64,000 bases of DNA. Source: an uncultured Desulfobacteraceae bacterium. GTDB lineage: Bacteria; Desulfobacterota; DSM-4660; Desulfatiglandales; B25-G16. The notes beneath the pieces were generated by a model that saw nothing but the letters and a program-made list of their open reading frames with translations, was not told the origin of the DNA and did no database searches. The stretch spans positions 1,006-65,005 of the forward strand of contig CAZSWT010000011.1 of the NCBI GenBank assembly GCA_964611035.1, given 5' to 3'. Both the position numbers and the translations under genes were made by a program. This document shows, in pieces, positions 8,553 through 20,961 of the stretch (the stretch's first letter is position 1; each line of letters begins with the position of its first letter).

Positions 8553-9788
8553 ATGAAAGATGATACAATAACAGAAATTGGTGATGCCCTGTTTGGTTTT
8601 CAGGCAGCACTCAAAGAAGGTGGCTCAAGCCTTCAGGAATATCTGGAAAAATATTACTATAAGAAGTGGATGGGAGACACCCTCCTTGCTGCCGTATCCA
8701 TACGAGCCACATTCGTGACAGCCATGCACCAATTCCTGGCTGATAAGGGTCTTTGTAATCTTGAAAGGGTACAGCTGAGCCCCCTGACAGATCCCCTGGC
8801 CCATGATGTAGAGCATGTTCCATCAATTTCGTACAAAGGCCTTCAATATGTTATGACCCATAGCATGATCTATTCCAAACTTCTGGCCTGCCACCATCCC
8901 AGAATAAAGGGTATATTCGTTGACTCCCCCAATATCAGGCTTGAGGTTGAGAGCCCTGATAGGATCCAGAGGGGGAAATATATTATTGACTTTAGCCAGA
9001 TGGATATAGAAATGAGGAGAAATCGGGGCATTGATCTTGAGACCTATCTCTCCAAGCCAGACGAGGTAAAAGAGATTCTCAAAGAGGATATGGCCGCTGC
9101 CAAGGATCTCTTTGAACGAATGCTCATCCACAGCATGACAAAGATAGCGGAGAAAAACAGAGAAGAGCTCAAGGAGCTCGGGGTTGCTCTAAAAACCCCA
9201 AAGCAGCCCTTTCCTACATTTGCCTATGACCAATCGAGAAAGAAATACAGTCTCAAAGAATATGAGGTAGGGTTAGGGAAAGAGACATCATCACAGTTCT
9301 TTTGGATTACCGGCATACCAAGAGAAAATTATGATCTTATATACCCTTACCTGAAGCCTGGTGGAAAGATAACAGCAGGTGAGGTAACTTCTGATATGGT
9401 ATATAACTATGACATCTGTGCCAAAAGCATTATCAGGGACACCGGTGAGCAGACTGAAGCACGGGAGCTGCTTTCCGGTGGCATAAGGGAATGGCTCTAT
9501 GAGACGATTGTAGAACGGCTCCTGGATAATAAGGTAATCCCTGTGAAACCTATTATAGTGGAGGGGAATATTGAAAATATCAATCACCTCGGTGGATATG
9601 GGCCATTCCTGTTAGCAGCGAGCATGAAAGATGATACGGGAAGATCAACCTTTCCGGATACCTATGGCGGAGGCATAGGAATAGAGCGGACGCTTTATGC
9701 ACTCTTGCGTGGGCCAAAGGTGAACAAAATTGATGATGTTACCTTCTTTGGCAAAAACCCGGACAGTCACCAGATATATTTATTTTAA
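8553..9788 (+). CDS. Stand-alone class II aminoacyl-tRNA-synthetase-like catalytic domain (Asp/Asn-RS or AsnA-like ligase)
   Basis: Motif 2-like IRLEVES...IIDFSQMDIEM, LLSGGIRE, and motif 3-like GGGIGIERTLYALL. No N-terminal OB anticodon-binding domain. 411 aa. Confidence 0.6.
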   Translation: MKDDTITEIGDALFGFQAALKEGGSSLQEYLEKYYYKKWMGDTLLAAVSIRATFVTAMHQFLADKGLCNLERVQLSPLTDPLAHDVEHVPSISYKGLQYVMTHSMIYSKLLACHHPRIKGIFVDSPNIRLEVESPDRIQRGKYIIDFSQMDIEMRRNRGIDLETYLSKPDEVKEILKEDMAAAKDLFERMLIHSMTKIAEKNREELKELGVALKTPKQPFPTFAYDQSRKKYSLKEYEVGLGKETSSQFFWITGIPRENYDLIYPYLKPGGKITAGEVTSDMVYNYDICAKSIIRDTGEQTEARELLSGGIREWLYETIVERLLDNKVIPVKPIIVEGNIENINHLGGYGPFLLAASMKDDTGRSTFPDTYGGGIGIERTLYALLRGPKVNKIDDVTFFGKNPDSHQIYLF

Positions 9789-10801
9789 TCCTCAATCTCT
9801 ACCTTGAGCTCTCGTGTCATTAAATCCTTAACCGCCTTCCTCGGCTCCTTTCCTCTGTAAATAACATTGTAAACTTCTGTTATGATCGGCATCTCTACGC
9901 CCATCTTTTTTGCTAAATTATAGGCAGACAGTGATGTCTTTATTCCCTCAGCAACCATCTTCATGCCAGAAACAATCTCCTTAGCAGAAATACCTTCAGC
10001 GATCTTTAATCCAACCATTCTGTTTCTGCTCAAATCTCCTGTACAGGTCAAAATGAGATCACCTATACCTGCCAGTCCTGCAAAGGTTAATGGTTGCGCA
10101 CCCATAGAAATGCCGAGTCTTGTTATTTCAGCCAAGCCTCTCGTTAATAACGCTGCTCTTGCATTAAAGCCAAAGCCGAGGCCATCTGATATGCCTGCAG
10201 CGATCGCTATTACATTCTTGAGTGCCCCTCCAAGTTCTACACCTATCACATCTTGTGTTGTATAAACCCTGAAATAGTCAGTAGAAAATAGCTCTTGTAA
10301 ATAAATAGATAGTTCTTTGTTTCTGGAGGCAAGGGTTACAGCTGTTGGGTGTTTATGACAGACCTCCCGAGCAAAGCTTGGACCAGAAAGGCATGCAAAC
10401 GTATCACCCCAATCTCCAGGCAATACAGATGCAACTACTTGAGACATAGTCATAAGGGTTTCATTCTCTATGCCCTTTGTCCCCACTATCAGGGGTGTCG
10501 CAGAAGACAAAAAAGGAGATAACTCAGTGAGGATATCTCTGAAAAAATGAGAAGGGACAACGATACATAAAAAGTCTTTTCCCCTGCTTACCTCTTTGAA
10601 TGATTGAACAGGCCTTATTGCCTTGGAAAGCGTTATTCCTGGTAAAAATGTCTCATTTATTCTTTTTCCCTTAATCTGGCTATATACATCCTCTTCCCTC
10701 ACCCATAAATCCACATTAATGCCTTTAAGGGCCATATGGTTTGCTATAGTAGTACCCCAACTGCCTCCGCCCACGACACCGATTTTGACCATTGTTGCCA
10801 C
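9785..10801 (-). CDS. gpsA: NAD(P)H-dependent glycerol-3-phosphate dehydrogenase
   Basis: KIGVVGGGSWGT Rossmann N-terminus and GALKNVIAIAAGISDGLGFG motif. The start may be the ATG at 10792. Confidence 0.9.
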   Translation of the reverse strand: MATMVKIGVVGGGSWGTTIANHMALKGINVDLWVREEDVYSQIKGKRINETFLPGITLSKAIRPVQSFKEVSRGKDFLCIVVPSHFFRDILTELSPFLSSATPLIVGTKGIENETLMTMSQVVASVLPGDWGDTFACLSGPSFAREVCHKHPTAVTLASRNKELSIYLQELFSTDYFRVYTTQDVIGVELGGALKNVIAIAAGISDGLGFGFNARAALLTRGLAEITRLGISMGAQPLTFAGLAGIGDLILTCTGDLSRNRMVGLKIAEGISAKEIVSGMKMVAEGIKTSLSAYNLAKKMGVEMPIITEVYNVIYRGKEPRKAVKDLMTRELKVEIED

Positions 10802-10803
10802 CC

Positions 10804-13230
10804 TTATGTTTCCATCAATCTGGCTACAGCTACCACCTTTTCAGGTGTTTCAAGATTTATCAGCTTTACCCCTTGAGTATTCCGCCCTATAACAGAAATA
10901 TCAGATGTTTTTATTCTAATAATCTTCCCTTTTCCTGATAGAATCATCAGCTCGTCATTCTCTGTTACCTGGTTAGCGCTTACTACAGGGCCATTTCTCT
11001 TTGATGTCTTTATTGAAAAGACACCTTTGCCACCTCTTTTTTGCGCCCTGTACTCTCTTGTGTCTGTCCTCTTGCCATAGCCATTTTCTGTAATGGTGAG
11101 TATGGTTGCGCCCTCGTTTAAGATCTCTATGCTCACCACCTGATCCTTATCTGCAAGACGAATCCCTTTATTTCCTGCGGCCACGCGACCCATCGCCCTC
11201 AGGCCCTTTTCGCTGAATCGTATTGCCTTCCCCCTTTTTGTACTTAAAAAGATATCCTGCTCTCCATTGGTCACCCTTACTCCTATTAACTCATCTCCTT
11301 CGTTTGTCTTTAAAGCAGCAACACCTGTTAATCGAGGCCTACTATAGGCAGAAAGCTTTGTCTTTTTTACCAAACCATTCTTGGTTGCCATAACAACATA
11401 CTTTCCATCCTCAAAGCCCTTTAATGACAAGATAGTGGCTATATACTCTTCTGGCTGAAGATTTAACAAATTTACGATAGCTGTCCCTTTGGCAATTCTT
11501 CCTGCTTCAGGTATTTCGTGTACCTTTCTCCAGTAGAGACGCCCTGTATTCATAAAGAAAAGAAGATAATCATGGGTTGAGGCAATAAACATGGATACTA
11601 CAAAATCCTCTTCTCTGGTCTTTGTCCCGGACACGCCCTTCCCACCCCTTCGTTGAGCCCGATAAAGGCTAATTGGGCTTCTCTTGATATAACCTGCATG
11701 ACTCACTGTGATAACCATATCCTCATCTACGATCAAATCCTCGATATCTATATCTTGAACATCTCTGATAATCTCGGTTCGCCGCTCATCGCCATACCTT
11801 TCCTTAATCTCCATCGTTTCCTTTTTTATGATATCTAACACAAGCGCATCATTGCTTAAGATAGCCTTAAATCTCGCGATATCTTTGATAGTGCTATTAT
11901 ACTCATCGGTTATCTTATCTCTTTCAAGACCGGTCAATCTTTGTAGCCTCATATCCAGAATAGCCTGGGCTTGTATATCGGAAAGTTGAAAATTCTCTTT
12001 GAGCCTTACCTTGGCCTCCGATGGGGAATGAGAAGATCGAATAAGCTCAACGACTCTATCGAGGTGTTCTAATGCAATCTTCAGGCCTTCTAAAATATGG
12101 GCCCTTGCCTCAGCCTTTTTTAATTCAAAAGATGTTCGGCGTACGACTATTTCTTCTCTGTAATTAATAAAGTGCTGTATTATCTGCTTAAGGCTTAATA
12201 TCTCTGGTCTTCCATCCACAATGGCCAGCATAATAATCCCAAAAGATACCTCCATTTGTGTAAACTTATAGAGGCGATTGAGGATTATCGCTGCATTAGC
12301 ATCTCGTTTAATATCGATTGCCACCCTTAGGCCATCACGGTCTGACTCATCTCGTATATCGCTTATTCCATCAATTCTTTTATTTTTAACCAGCTCTCCT
12401 ATGCTCTTAAGTAAATTCGCCTTGTTAACTTGATATGGTATTTCGGTTATAACTATCCGTTCTTTATTCTCTCCTATCTTCTCCACAAATGCCCGCGCAC
12501 GAATCTTTATGATGCCTCTTCCAGTGGAATAGGCCTCTTGAATGCCTTTCTCTCTATGAATATAGCCGGATGTTGGAAAATCTGGACCTGGCACATCGAT
12601 CATAAGTTCTCTTAAGGTTATCTCCGGGTTATTTATAGTATGGATAATAGCGTCTGCTACCTCCTTAAGATTATGCGGTGGTATATTGGTAGCCATACCT
12701 ACCGCTATGCCAGACGATCCGCTAATAAGTAAATTCGGTATATTGGTAGGCAATATCACGGGTTCTAACAAGGAGCCATCGTAATTAGATACAAAGTCGA
12801 CCGTTTCTTTTTCCACATCTAACAAAAACTGTTCCGCTATATCCTGCATTCTTATCTCGGTGTACCTCATTGCCGCCGCTGGATCACCGTCTACCGACCC
12901 AAAGTTGCCCTGGCCATCAATTAATGGATACCTCATAGAAAAGGGCTGAGCCATCCTTACAATAGTATCATAAACGGCTGCATCGCCATGAGGGTGATAC
13001 TTACCAATAACATCACCCACCACCCTTGCAGATTTTTTAAATGGTCTGTTATGATAATTTTTTAACTGTTCCATGGCAAACAGGACTCTCCTGTGAACAG
13101 GTTTAAGTCCGTCTCGTATGTCTGGTAACGCCCTGCCAACAATTACACTCATGGCATATTCCAGATAGGACCTTCTCATCTCTTCTTCTATGGTAACAGT
13201 ATTTGAATCTATTGCCTGTACAGGATTCAT
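10804..13230 (-). CDS. gyrA: DNA gyrase subunit A
   Basis: 808 aa. [17 protein letters not shown] (catalytic Tyr) and C-terminal beta-pinwheel repeats. Confidence 0.97.
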   Translation of the reverse strand: MNPVQAIDSNTVTIEEEMRRSYLEYAMSVIVGRALPDIRDGLKPVHRRVLFAMEQLKNYHNRPFKKSARVVGDVIGKYHPHGDAAVYDTIVRMAQPFSMRYPLIDGQGNFGSVDGDPAAAMRYTEIRMQDIAEQFLLDVEKETVDFVSNYDGSLLEPVILPTNIPNLLISGSSGIAVGMATNIPPHNLKEVADAIIHTINNPEITLRELMIDVPGPDFPTSGYIHREKGIQEAYSTGRGIIKIRARAFVEKIGENKERIVITEIPYQVNKANLLKSIGELVKNKRIDGISDIRDESDRDGLRVAIDIKRDANAAIILNRLYKFTQMEVSFGIIMLAIVDGRPEILSLKQIIQHFINYREEIVVRRTSFELKKAEARAHILEGLKIALEHLDRVVELIRSSHSPSEAKVRLKENFQLSDIQAQAILDMRLQRLTGLERDKITDEYNSTIKDIARFKAILSNDALVLDIIKKETMEIKERYGDERRTEIIRDVQDIDIEDLIVDEDMVITVSHAGYIKRSPISLYRAQRRGGKGVSGTKTREEDFVVSMFIASTHDYLLFFMNTGRLYWRKVHEIPEAGRIAKGTAIVNLLNLQPEEYIATILSLKGFEDGKYVVMATKNGLVKKTKLSAYSRPRLTGVAALKTNEGDELIGVRVTNGEQDIFLSTKRGKAIRFSEKGLRAMGRVAAGNKGIRLADKDQVVSIEILNEGATILTITENGYGKRTDTREYRAQKRGGKGVFSIKTSKRNGPVVSANQVTENDELMILSGKGKIIRIKTSDISVIGRNTQGVKLINLETPEKVVAVARLMET

Positions 13231-13261
13231 CGCATCTCCTCAATTTAAGCGATTAAAGTAA

Positions 13262-13672
13262 ACTAAAACAAAAAGTGCCTAAAGTTATAGTAGTTATGAT
13301 TCATAATTTTAGGCACTTTAGGCACGTATACCTCTGGCCCGGACCCGCCTGCCGGATGTTGGGCAGGCTTGGTGGCATTCAAGGGCTAAGTGCTTCGATT
13401 CGCAAATACTATAACGTATTCTAATGAGTATAATCTTGCGATTGTCTTCGACCCAGAGATCAGACCGAAGGGCTCAGTCGCCTCGGCTGAGCTCGTCGCA
13501 GGCAGCACTTAGTCCCGAGGGCTACGACTGAGCTCAGCCGAAGTCTAAATAAATACGTCATCGAATTTATGAATCGAGGGACTAAGTTTGATAGCTGCCG
13601 CTTAGAATTAGTAAAGCAGCATTAGGTTGTTATAATCGCGTCGCGCCAGGCGGGCTTTAGGTACTCTTCTTA
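13262..13672. repeat. Composite repeat-filled spacer between gyrB and gyrA
   Basis: Contains aagtgcctaaagtt and its inverted copies, the GC-rich hairpin gcctgcc...ggcaggc, and a segment (13502-13586) related to the reverse complement of 26299-26390. No ORF. Confidence 0.6.
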
Positions 13673-13677
13673 ATTCT

Positions 13678-16059
<2,382 letters not shown>

Positions 16060-17184
16060 TTAAACCCTCATCGGCATAATTAAACCCAGAAAACCCTGAT
16101 CTTGTTCTCCGGTAATCAGGCATGGGCTTGTTTGATCTTTAATATCTAAAAAGATTATATTGCTGTCCATCGTCTGAAGGGCATCTATAAAATATTTAGG
16201 ATTAAAACCTATCTCTATTGGTTCGCCGTCATATTTAATTTCTATTTTTTCCTCCACATCACCTAAATCAGGGTTCACAGACACCATCTCTAAATAATCT
16301 GTTCCCATGGTTATTTTTGCTCCTTGATACTGATCACCCCCTATTATCATCATTCTTCTCATGGATTCTAATAAAAGGTTTCTATTCACAGTAATAATGT
16401 TTTTTTTATCTTCTTTTTTTGGGAGGATAACGTCTTTGTAATTAGGAAATTTTGTGTCCAACAACCTTATTACAATTAAAGCCTCTTTTTTTTTGCCTAC
16501 CAGATTGTTTTGTTTTAACCCGAAAAGGATGTTTCCATTTTCTAAAGCAAGTTTATTTAACTCCAGTAAACCCTTTTTAGGAATCATAACACCTTGTTTA
16601 ATATCTATTTCCTGAAGGTTGGGTATTTTTTTATCAATTAATGAGAGTCTGTGACCGTCTGTAGCAACCATTCTTAAAAAATCCTCTTTGTCTTTATTTA
16701 CTGTTTCCATAAACACACCTGATAATTTAAAGGCAGTATCCTCTATAGTTATCGAGTAAATGGTTTTATTAATCATCTCAGTTAATATTTTACTGTTTAT
16801 TTCTATCATTATTATCCCTTCCGGCTCTGTTAAAATAGGGAATTCGTCAGCAGGAAGACAAGAAAGATTATAATGGGCTTTATTATCAGAAATATAAATC
16901 CAGTTATTTTCTTTTTCTAATATGTAAATGTTCTTACTGTTAGTTTCTCTTGTTATATCGAGAAGTTTTTTACCAGAGATGGTGATACTACCAGGCTTAA
17001 CAATTTCAGCCGGGTAACTATTTTGAAATCCGATCTCTAAATCAGTAGCTGATATTTCAATCTTATCTTGTTTTGTTGTTAAAAGTATTGTAGACAGTAT
17101 AGGCATATGACTTCTTTTTTCCAGGATTCCCTGAACACGAGACACGCCTTTTAAAAGAACATCTCTATTAATTTTGATTTCCAT
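16060..17184 (-). CDS. dnaN: DNA polymerase III beta sliding clamp
   Basis: 374 aa. Typical three-domain clamp pattern ending in LIMPMRV. Immediately upstream of gyrB. Confidence 0.93.
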   Translation of the reverse strand: MEIKINRDVLLKGVSRVQGILEKRSHMPILSTILLTTKQDKIEISATDLEIGFQNSYPAEIVKPGSITISGKKLLDITRETNSKNIYILEKENNWIYISDNKAHYNLSCLPADEFPILTEPEGIIMIEINSKILTEMINKTIYSITIEDTAFKLSGVFMETVNKDKEDFLRMVATDGHRLSLIDKKIPNLQEIDIKQGVMIPKKGLLELNKLALENGNILFGLKQNNLVGKKKEALIVIRLLDTKFPNYKDVILPKKEDKKNIITVNRNLLLESMRRMMIIGGDQYQGAKITMGTDYLEMVSVNPDLGDVEEKIEIKYDGEPIEIGFNPKYFIDALQTMDSNIIFLDIKDQTSPCLITGEQDQGFLGLIMPMRV

Positions 17185-17409
17185 TTTTGCTCCAAAATTT
17201 TAAAGTTATATTATTGTTTTTACTTTATATTACTAACAATAATAATAAAGAAGCACTATATTGTTTAGAAGCCATTTAATGTGTTTATTTAACTATATTT
17301 TTTACTATATATATTTTTTATAACTCGGGTTTTTATAACCAGTATGTGATTAAAAATATACACTCAACATTAAAGTCTCTAACCTACATACTTAATAACC
17401 GTCTATTTT

Positions 17410-17435
17410 CTACCCCGCGTATAAGCGCGGGGTAG
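17410..17435. terminator. GC-rich stem-loop just downstream of the acyl-CoA dehydrogenase gene
   Basis: ctaccccgcg / cgcggggtag form a 10-bp perfect stem with a 6-nt loop. There is no clear U-tail on the minus strand, so the terminator role is uncertain. Confidence 0.35.
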
Positions 17436-17447
17436 TTGCAACAGGGT

Positions 17448-18611
17448 TTATCTATTTGCCTTCCTTATGCCGAGTTGATCTTGTGCAATGATGAATTTAC
17501 AGATATTAGTTGATCCTTCTACCATACCATAAGGAGGAGTGTCTCTATAATAACGGGCCACCGGATACTCTGTAGAGTAACCGTAGGCCCCGAGAATACT
17601 CATAGCGTATCGAGAGGACTTGTAGGCAACTTCAGCGGCCAGATACTTGGCTTGAGCCACCTCCATATTATTTCCCAACATTCCCTGATCCTTTTGCCAT
17701 GCTGCCCTGTAGCAGGATAGTCTTGCAGCCTCGATCTCTGAGACCATCTGGGCGACCATGTCTTGATTCATTTGAAACTTCCCCACTGCCTGACCAAACT
17801 GCTCCCTCTCCATAGCATATTTAGTAACGGACTCTAAACAGGCTTGTGCCACACCAACTCCTCCGGCGGCAGCGGAGAGTCGGGAGTTAGCAAGGGAGCC
17901 GAAAATTATCTTAACCCCATCCCCTGGTTTACCTATAATGTTTTCTTTAGGGACATTGGTGTTTTCCATGATAATTTCACCGGTGGGTGTTGCATGTGTA
18001 CCTGTTTTATCTAAATCTGTGGTTGTGATTCCATTAAAGTTTTTAGGCTCAACAACAAAGGCGGACAGACCTTTCGACTTAGCCTCCCTGTCTGTGTACG
18101 CATAAACAATGACCGCATCCGCAACACTGGCATTAGAGATCCATGTCTTGTAGCCGTTTAAAAGCCAGTGATCTCCTTTATCCTCGGCAGTAGATTTCAT
18201 AGACATAACATCAGATCCGGCGTTAGGCTCTGTCATCGCGAATGCCCCTACATACTCGGCACTCACCAACTTAGGAATATATTTCCTTTTTAACTCCTCA
18301 CTGCCATAATGGTGGATGGTGAAGGCATTACCTGTTGTCTGCATATTAATCTGAACCCGCAACGCACTACAACCACGGGCAATTTCCTCAGTTAGTATTA
18401 TAGCTGCCAGCCAACCCATATTGTTTCCCCCGTATTCCTCAGAGATAACCGTGCCAAAAAAACCCAACTCACCCATCGGTTTAATAGCCTCTTCGTATGG
18501 GAAATGGTGGTTTTCTTCCCATTCATCTGCAAACGGAGAAATTTTCTCGTCTACAAAATCACGAACCATATCCTTAAGCATTTGCAGTTCTTCAGATAAT
18601 TCAAAATTCAT
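17448..18611 (-). CDS. Acyl-CoA dehydrogenase
   Basis: 387 aa. FAMTEPNAGSD, WISNA and YEGTSNI-like (VEGSTNI) signatures. Confidence 0.9.
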   Translation of the reverse strand: MNFELSEELQMLKDMVRDFVDEKISPFADEWEENHHFPYEEAIKPMGELGFFGTVISEEYGGNNMGWLAAIILTEEIARGCSALRVQINMQTTGNAFTIHHYGSEELKRKYIPKLVSAEYVGAFAMTEPNAGSDVMSMKSTAEDKGDHWLLNGYKTWISNASVADAVIVYAYTDREAKSKGLSAFVVEPKNFNGITTTDLDKTGTHATPTGEIIMENTNVPKENIIGKPGDGVKIIFGSLANSRLSAAAGGVGVAQACLESVTKYAMEREQFGQAVGKFQMNQDMVAQMVSEIEAARLSCYRAAWQKDQGMLGNNMEVAQAKYLAAEVAYKSSRYAMSILGAYGYSTEYPVARYYRDTPPYGMVEGSTNICKFIIAQDQLGIRKANR

Positions 18612-18886
18612 ATTTTCTTACCTCCTTACTTTAGCGTTAGATTGGTAAATATATCTATCGATTTTTTGAGATAGATTTAATACGTAAGGCCTGACTCTAA
18701 TGTCATCCCGGTGAAAACTAAATCTATATTCAAGACATTTTTCAACTAATACCATAAGAGCTTTAGCGTGGCCTAAAAATATAAATTAATAAATCTTTAT
18801 TCATATTGAAGTATAGAACATTAGGCTATCATTTACAATATATTTGTTACCTTTAAGCGTGACAATTGTATGGAATTATTAAGGGA

Positions 18887-20272
18887 TTATTTACCAATAC
18901 AAAATTTACTAAAAATGTTGTCCAATATCTCTTCTGTCGTTTTATTTCCCGTTATTTCATCTAAAGCATTTTTCGCCCACAAAAGATCCGCTGCTACTAT
19001 TTCCAATGGAAAACCACCTATTAAATTTTTAGATGCCTTTTCTAAAAACATAGAGGCGTTAGTTAATGTAGTTTTATGTCTTATATTAGGAACAATAGGC
19101 GCTGGATAAACATTTATATCCCTATCAACAACCTTATTAAAGATTACTTCATTTAGTGTTTCAAATCCTTCCCCCGTGAGGGCCGAAACAGCAACCCTGG
19201 GAAGGTGTTGAAAGACAACATCGATTTTTTTGTCACTTAGTTTCGCGGGAAGATCAATTTTGTTTATAATAACTATAGTGGCCCTTTTATCGACTTTTCG
19301 CAAAATATTTAAGTCGTATTGATTTAAAGGTCTGTTTCGGTCGATCACCAAAAGAGTTAGATCAGCCAGGCCAAGTTGAGTGTTTGTTAAATTTACACCC
19401 TTTCTTTCAACCTCTCCTCTAACCTTTCGCATGCCGGCTGTATCTACCAGCTTTAAAGGAAGCCCTTCGATAGTAACAGTATATTCGAGAATATCACGCG
19501 TTGTTCCTGGTATTGGAGTAACGATTGCCCTGTCCTCCTGTAAAAACCTATTTAAAATGCTCGATTTACCAACGTTAACCTTACCGACTATGACTACGGC
19601 GGTACCCTCATGCCATATCTTTCTTTGCGTATAGGCTGCTACGAGCTTTTTAATGGGCTTTATAACCTTTTCGTTTAGACGATCTGCTGTGTGTGATTTT
19701 GTTACTTCAGAAGATTCTTCATCAGGAAAATCTATTAAACACTCTATGTCTGCAAGGATTTCGATGAGCACCTGCCTAATTTCATTAATTTTTGCTTTTA
19801 ATCCTCCAATAAGCTGGCCGGTTGCCAACCTCATTGACATATCACCTTTCGCATTTATTAAGTCTATAATCGCTTCGGCCTGGGTTAAATCGATCCTCCC
19901 GTTAAGGAAGGCCCTGAGGGTGAATTCACCAGGTTTGGCCAGTCTGGCGCCCGCTTGAAGAATTATCTGGAGTATATATGACAGGATTGTGTAGCCACTG
20001 TGAGAATTAATTTCGACCACGTCTTCTCGGGTATAAGAGAAAGGGGCGTGCATTACGGAAAGCAGAACTTCGTCGACAGGAAGGTTTGATTTCGGGTCGA
20101 TAATATGGCCTAGGTAAAGACGAAAACTATCAAATGAGTTAATGGGGGACTTTGATCGAAAAATTTTCCGTGCGATGTTTTCAGCATTATACCCACTAAT
20201 CCTAATTATTCCTATGCCGCCTACCCCTATTGGAGTAGCTATAGCAGCAATGGTCTCCTCTTTATAATCCAT
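18887..20272 (-). CDS. mnmE: tRNA modification GTPase MnmE
   Basis: 461 aa. TIAAIATP N-terminus, G-domain GKVNVGKSS...DTAG...NKID, and the C-terminal CIGK motif. Confidence 0.95.
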   Translation of the reverse strand: MDYKEETIAAIATPIGVGGIGIIRISGYNAENIARKIFRSKSPINSFDSFRLYLGHIIDPKSNLPVDEVLLSVMHAPFSYTREDVVEINSHSGYTILSYILQIILQAGARLAKPGEFTLRAFLNGRIDLTQAEAIIDLINAKGDMSMRLATGQLIGGLKAKINEIRQVLIEILADIECLIDFPDEESSEVTKSHTADRLNEKVIKPIKKLVAAYTQRKIWHEGTAVVIVGKVNVGKSSILNRFLQEDRAIVTPIPGTTRDILEYTVTIEGLPLKLVDTAGMRKVRGEVERKGVNLTNTQLGLADLTLLVIDRNRPLNQYDLNILRKVDKRATIVIINKIDLPAKLSDKKIDVVFQHLPRVAVSALTGEGFETLNEVIFNKVVDRDINVYPAPIVPNIRHKTTLTNASMFLEKASKNLIGGFPLEIVAADLLWAKNALDEITGNKTTEEILDNIFSKFCIGK

Positions 20273-20293
20273 GATAAAAGAAGCAACTCGGGA

Positions 20294-20944
20294 CTAATCA
20301 TTTTGGTTTTTATCGATCTTCTTTTTGTTTGGAATAATAAACACACTCTTAAAGAAACCTTCACCATTACTTTTTGTTTGGAGCTGGTAATCTCCTTTAA
20401 GGGCGAGATGAACTATTCTTCTGTCGTGTGGGCTTATCGGATCTATCGTGACAGTTTTTCTTGTTTTTTTCGCCTTTTCGCCCATTCTAAATGCCAGTCT
20501 CTCTAAGAATTCCTCTCTTCTTTGCCTGTAATTCTCTGCATCAACAATTACCCTTACCTTTTTTTCAGATGCCTTATTTACTGCCTTATTGATAATAAAC
20601 TCCAATGCCTCTAAGGTCTTACCCTTAGGCCCTATTAGGATCCCAGGGTTATTCCCTTCTATATTTAAAACGATATCATCAGCTTTTTTCCTTGCAGATA
20701 TCTTTGTATCTGGGGATATTGATGAAATTATTTTTGTGAGTATTTCTTGGGCAAGGGCTATGCTGTCATCCCTCTTTGGTGTTGCCCTGATTTTAGCTTT
20801 CTTATTGCCTGTTAAACCAAAAATTCCAACAGATCTGGTTTCCAATACCTCTATATCAAGCTCCTCCTCTCTTAAATTAAAATGTTTACAGGCCTTTTCA
20901 ATAGCCTCTTGCGTTGTTTTAGCTTCTATTTCTGTAGACGACAT
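20294..20944 (-). CDS. jag: RNA-binding protein Jag/KhpB (Jag_N, KH, R3H)
   Basis: 216 aa. IGPKGKTLEALEFI (KH) and HDRRIVHLAL (R3H). Conserved position between yidC and mnmE. Confidence 0.85.
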   Translation of the reverse strand: MSSTEIEAKTTQEAIEKACKHFNLREEELDIEVLETRSVGIFGLTGNKKAKIRATPKRDDSIALAQEILTKIISSISPDTKISARKKADDIVLNIEGNNPGILIGPKGKTLEALEFIINKAVNKASEKKVRVIVDAENYRQRREEFLERLAFRMGEKAKKTRKTVTIDPISPHDRRIVHLALKGDYQLQTKSNGEGFFKSVFIIPNKKKIDKNQND

Positions 20945-20961
20945 AAAGTTTCCTCCTAAAA

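Noticed and set aside
17185-17447. AT-rich dnaN-upstream spacer as oriC with DnaA boxes. Also a single ttatccact at 57995-58003.
   Set aside because: By eye I found no match better than about 7/9 to TTATCCACA in the spacer and no clustering. The 57995 match is isolated. The idea is kept only as a question within the origin finding.
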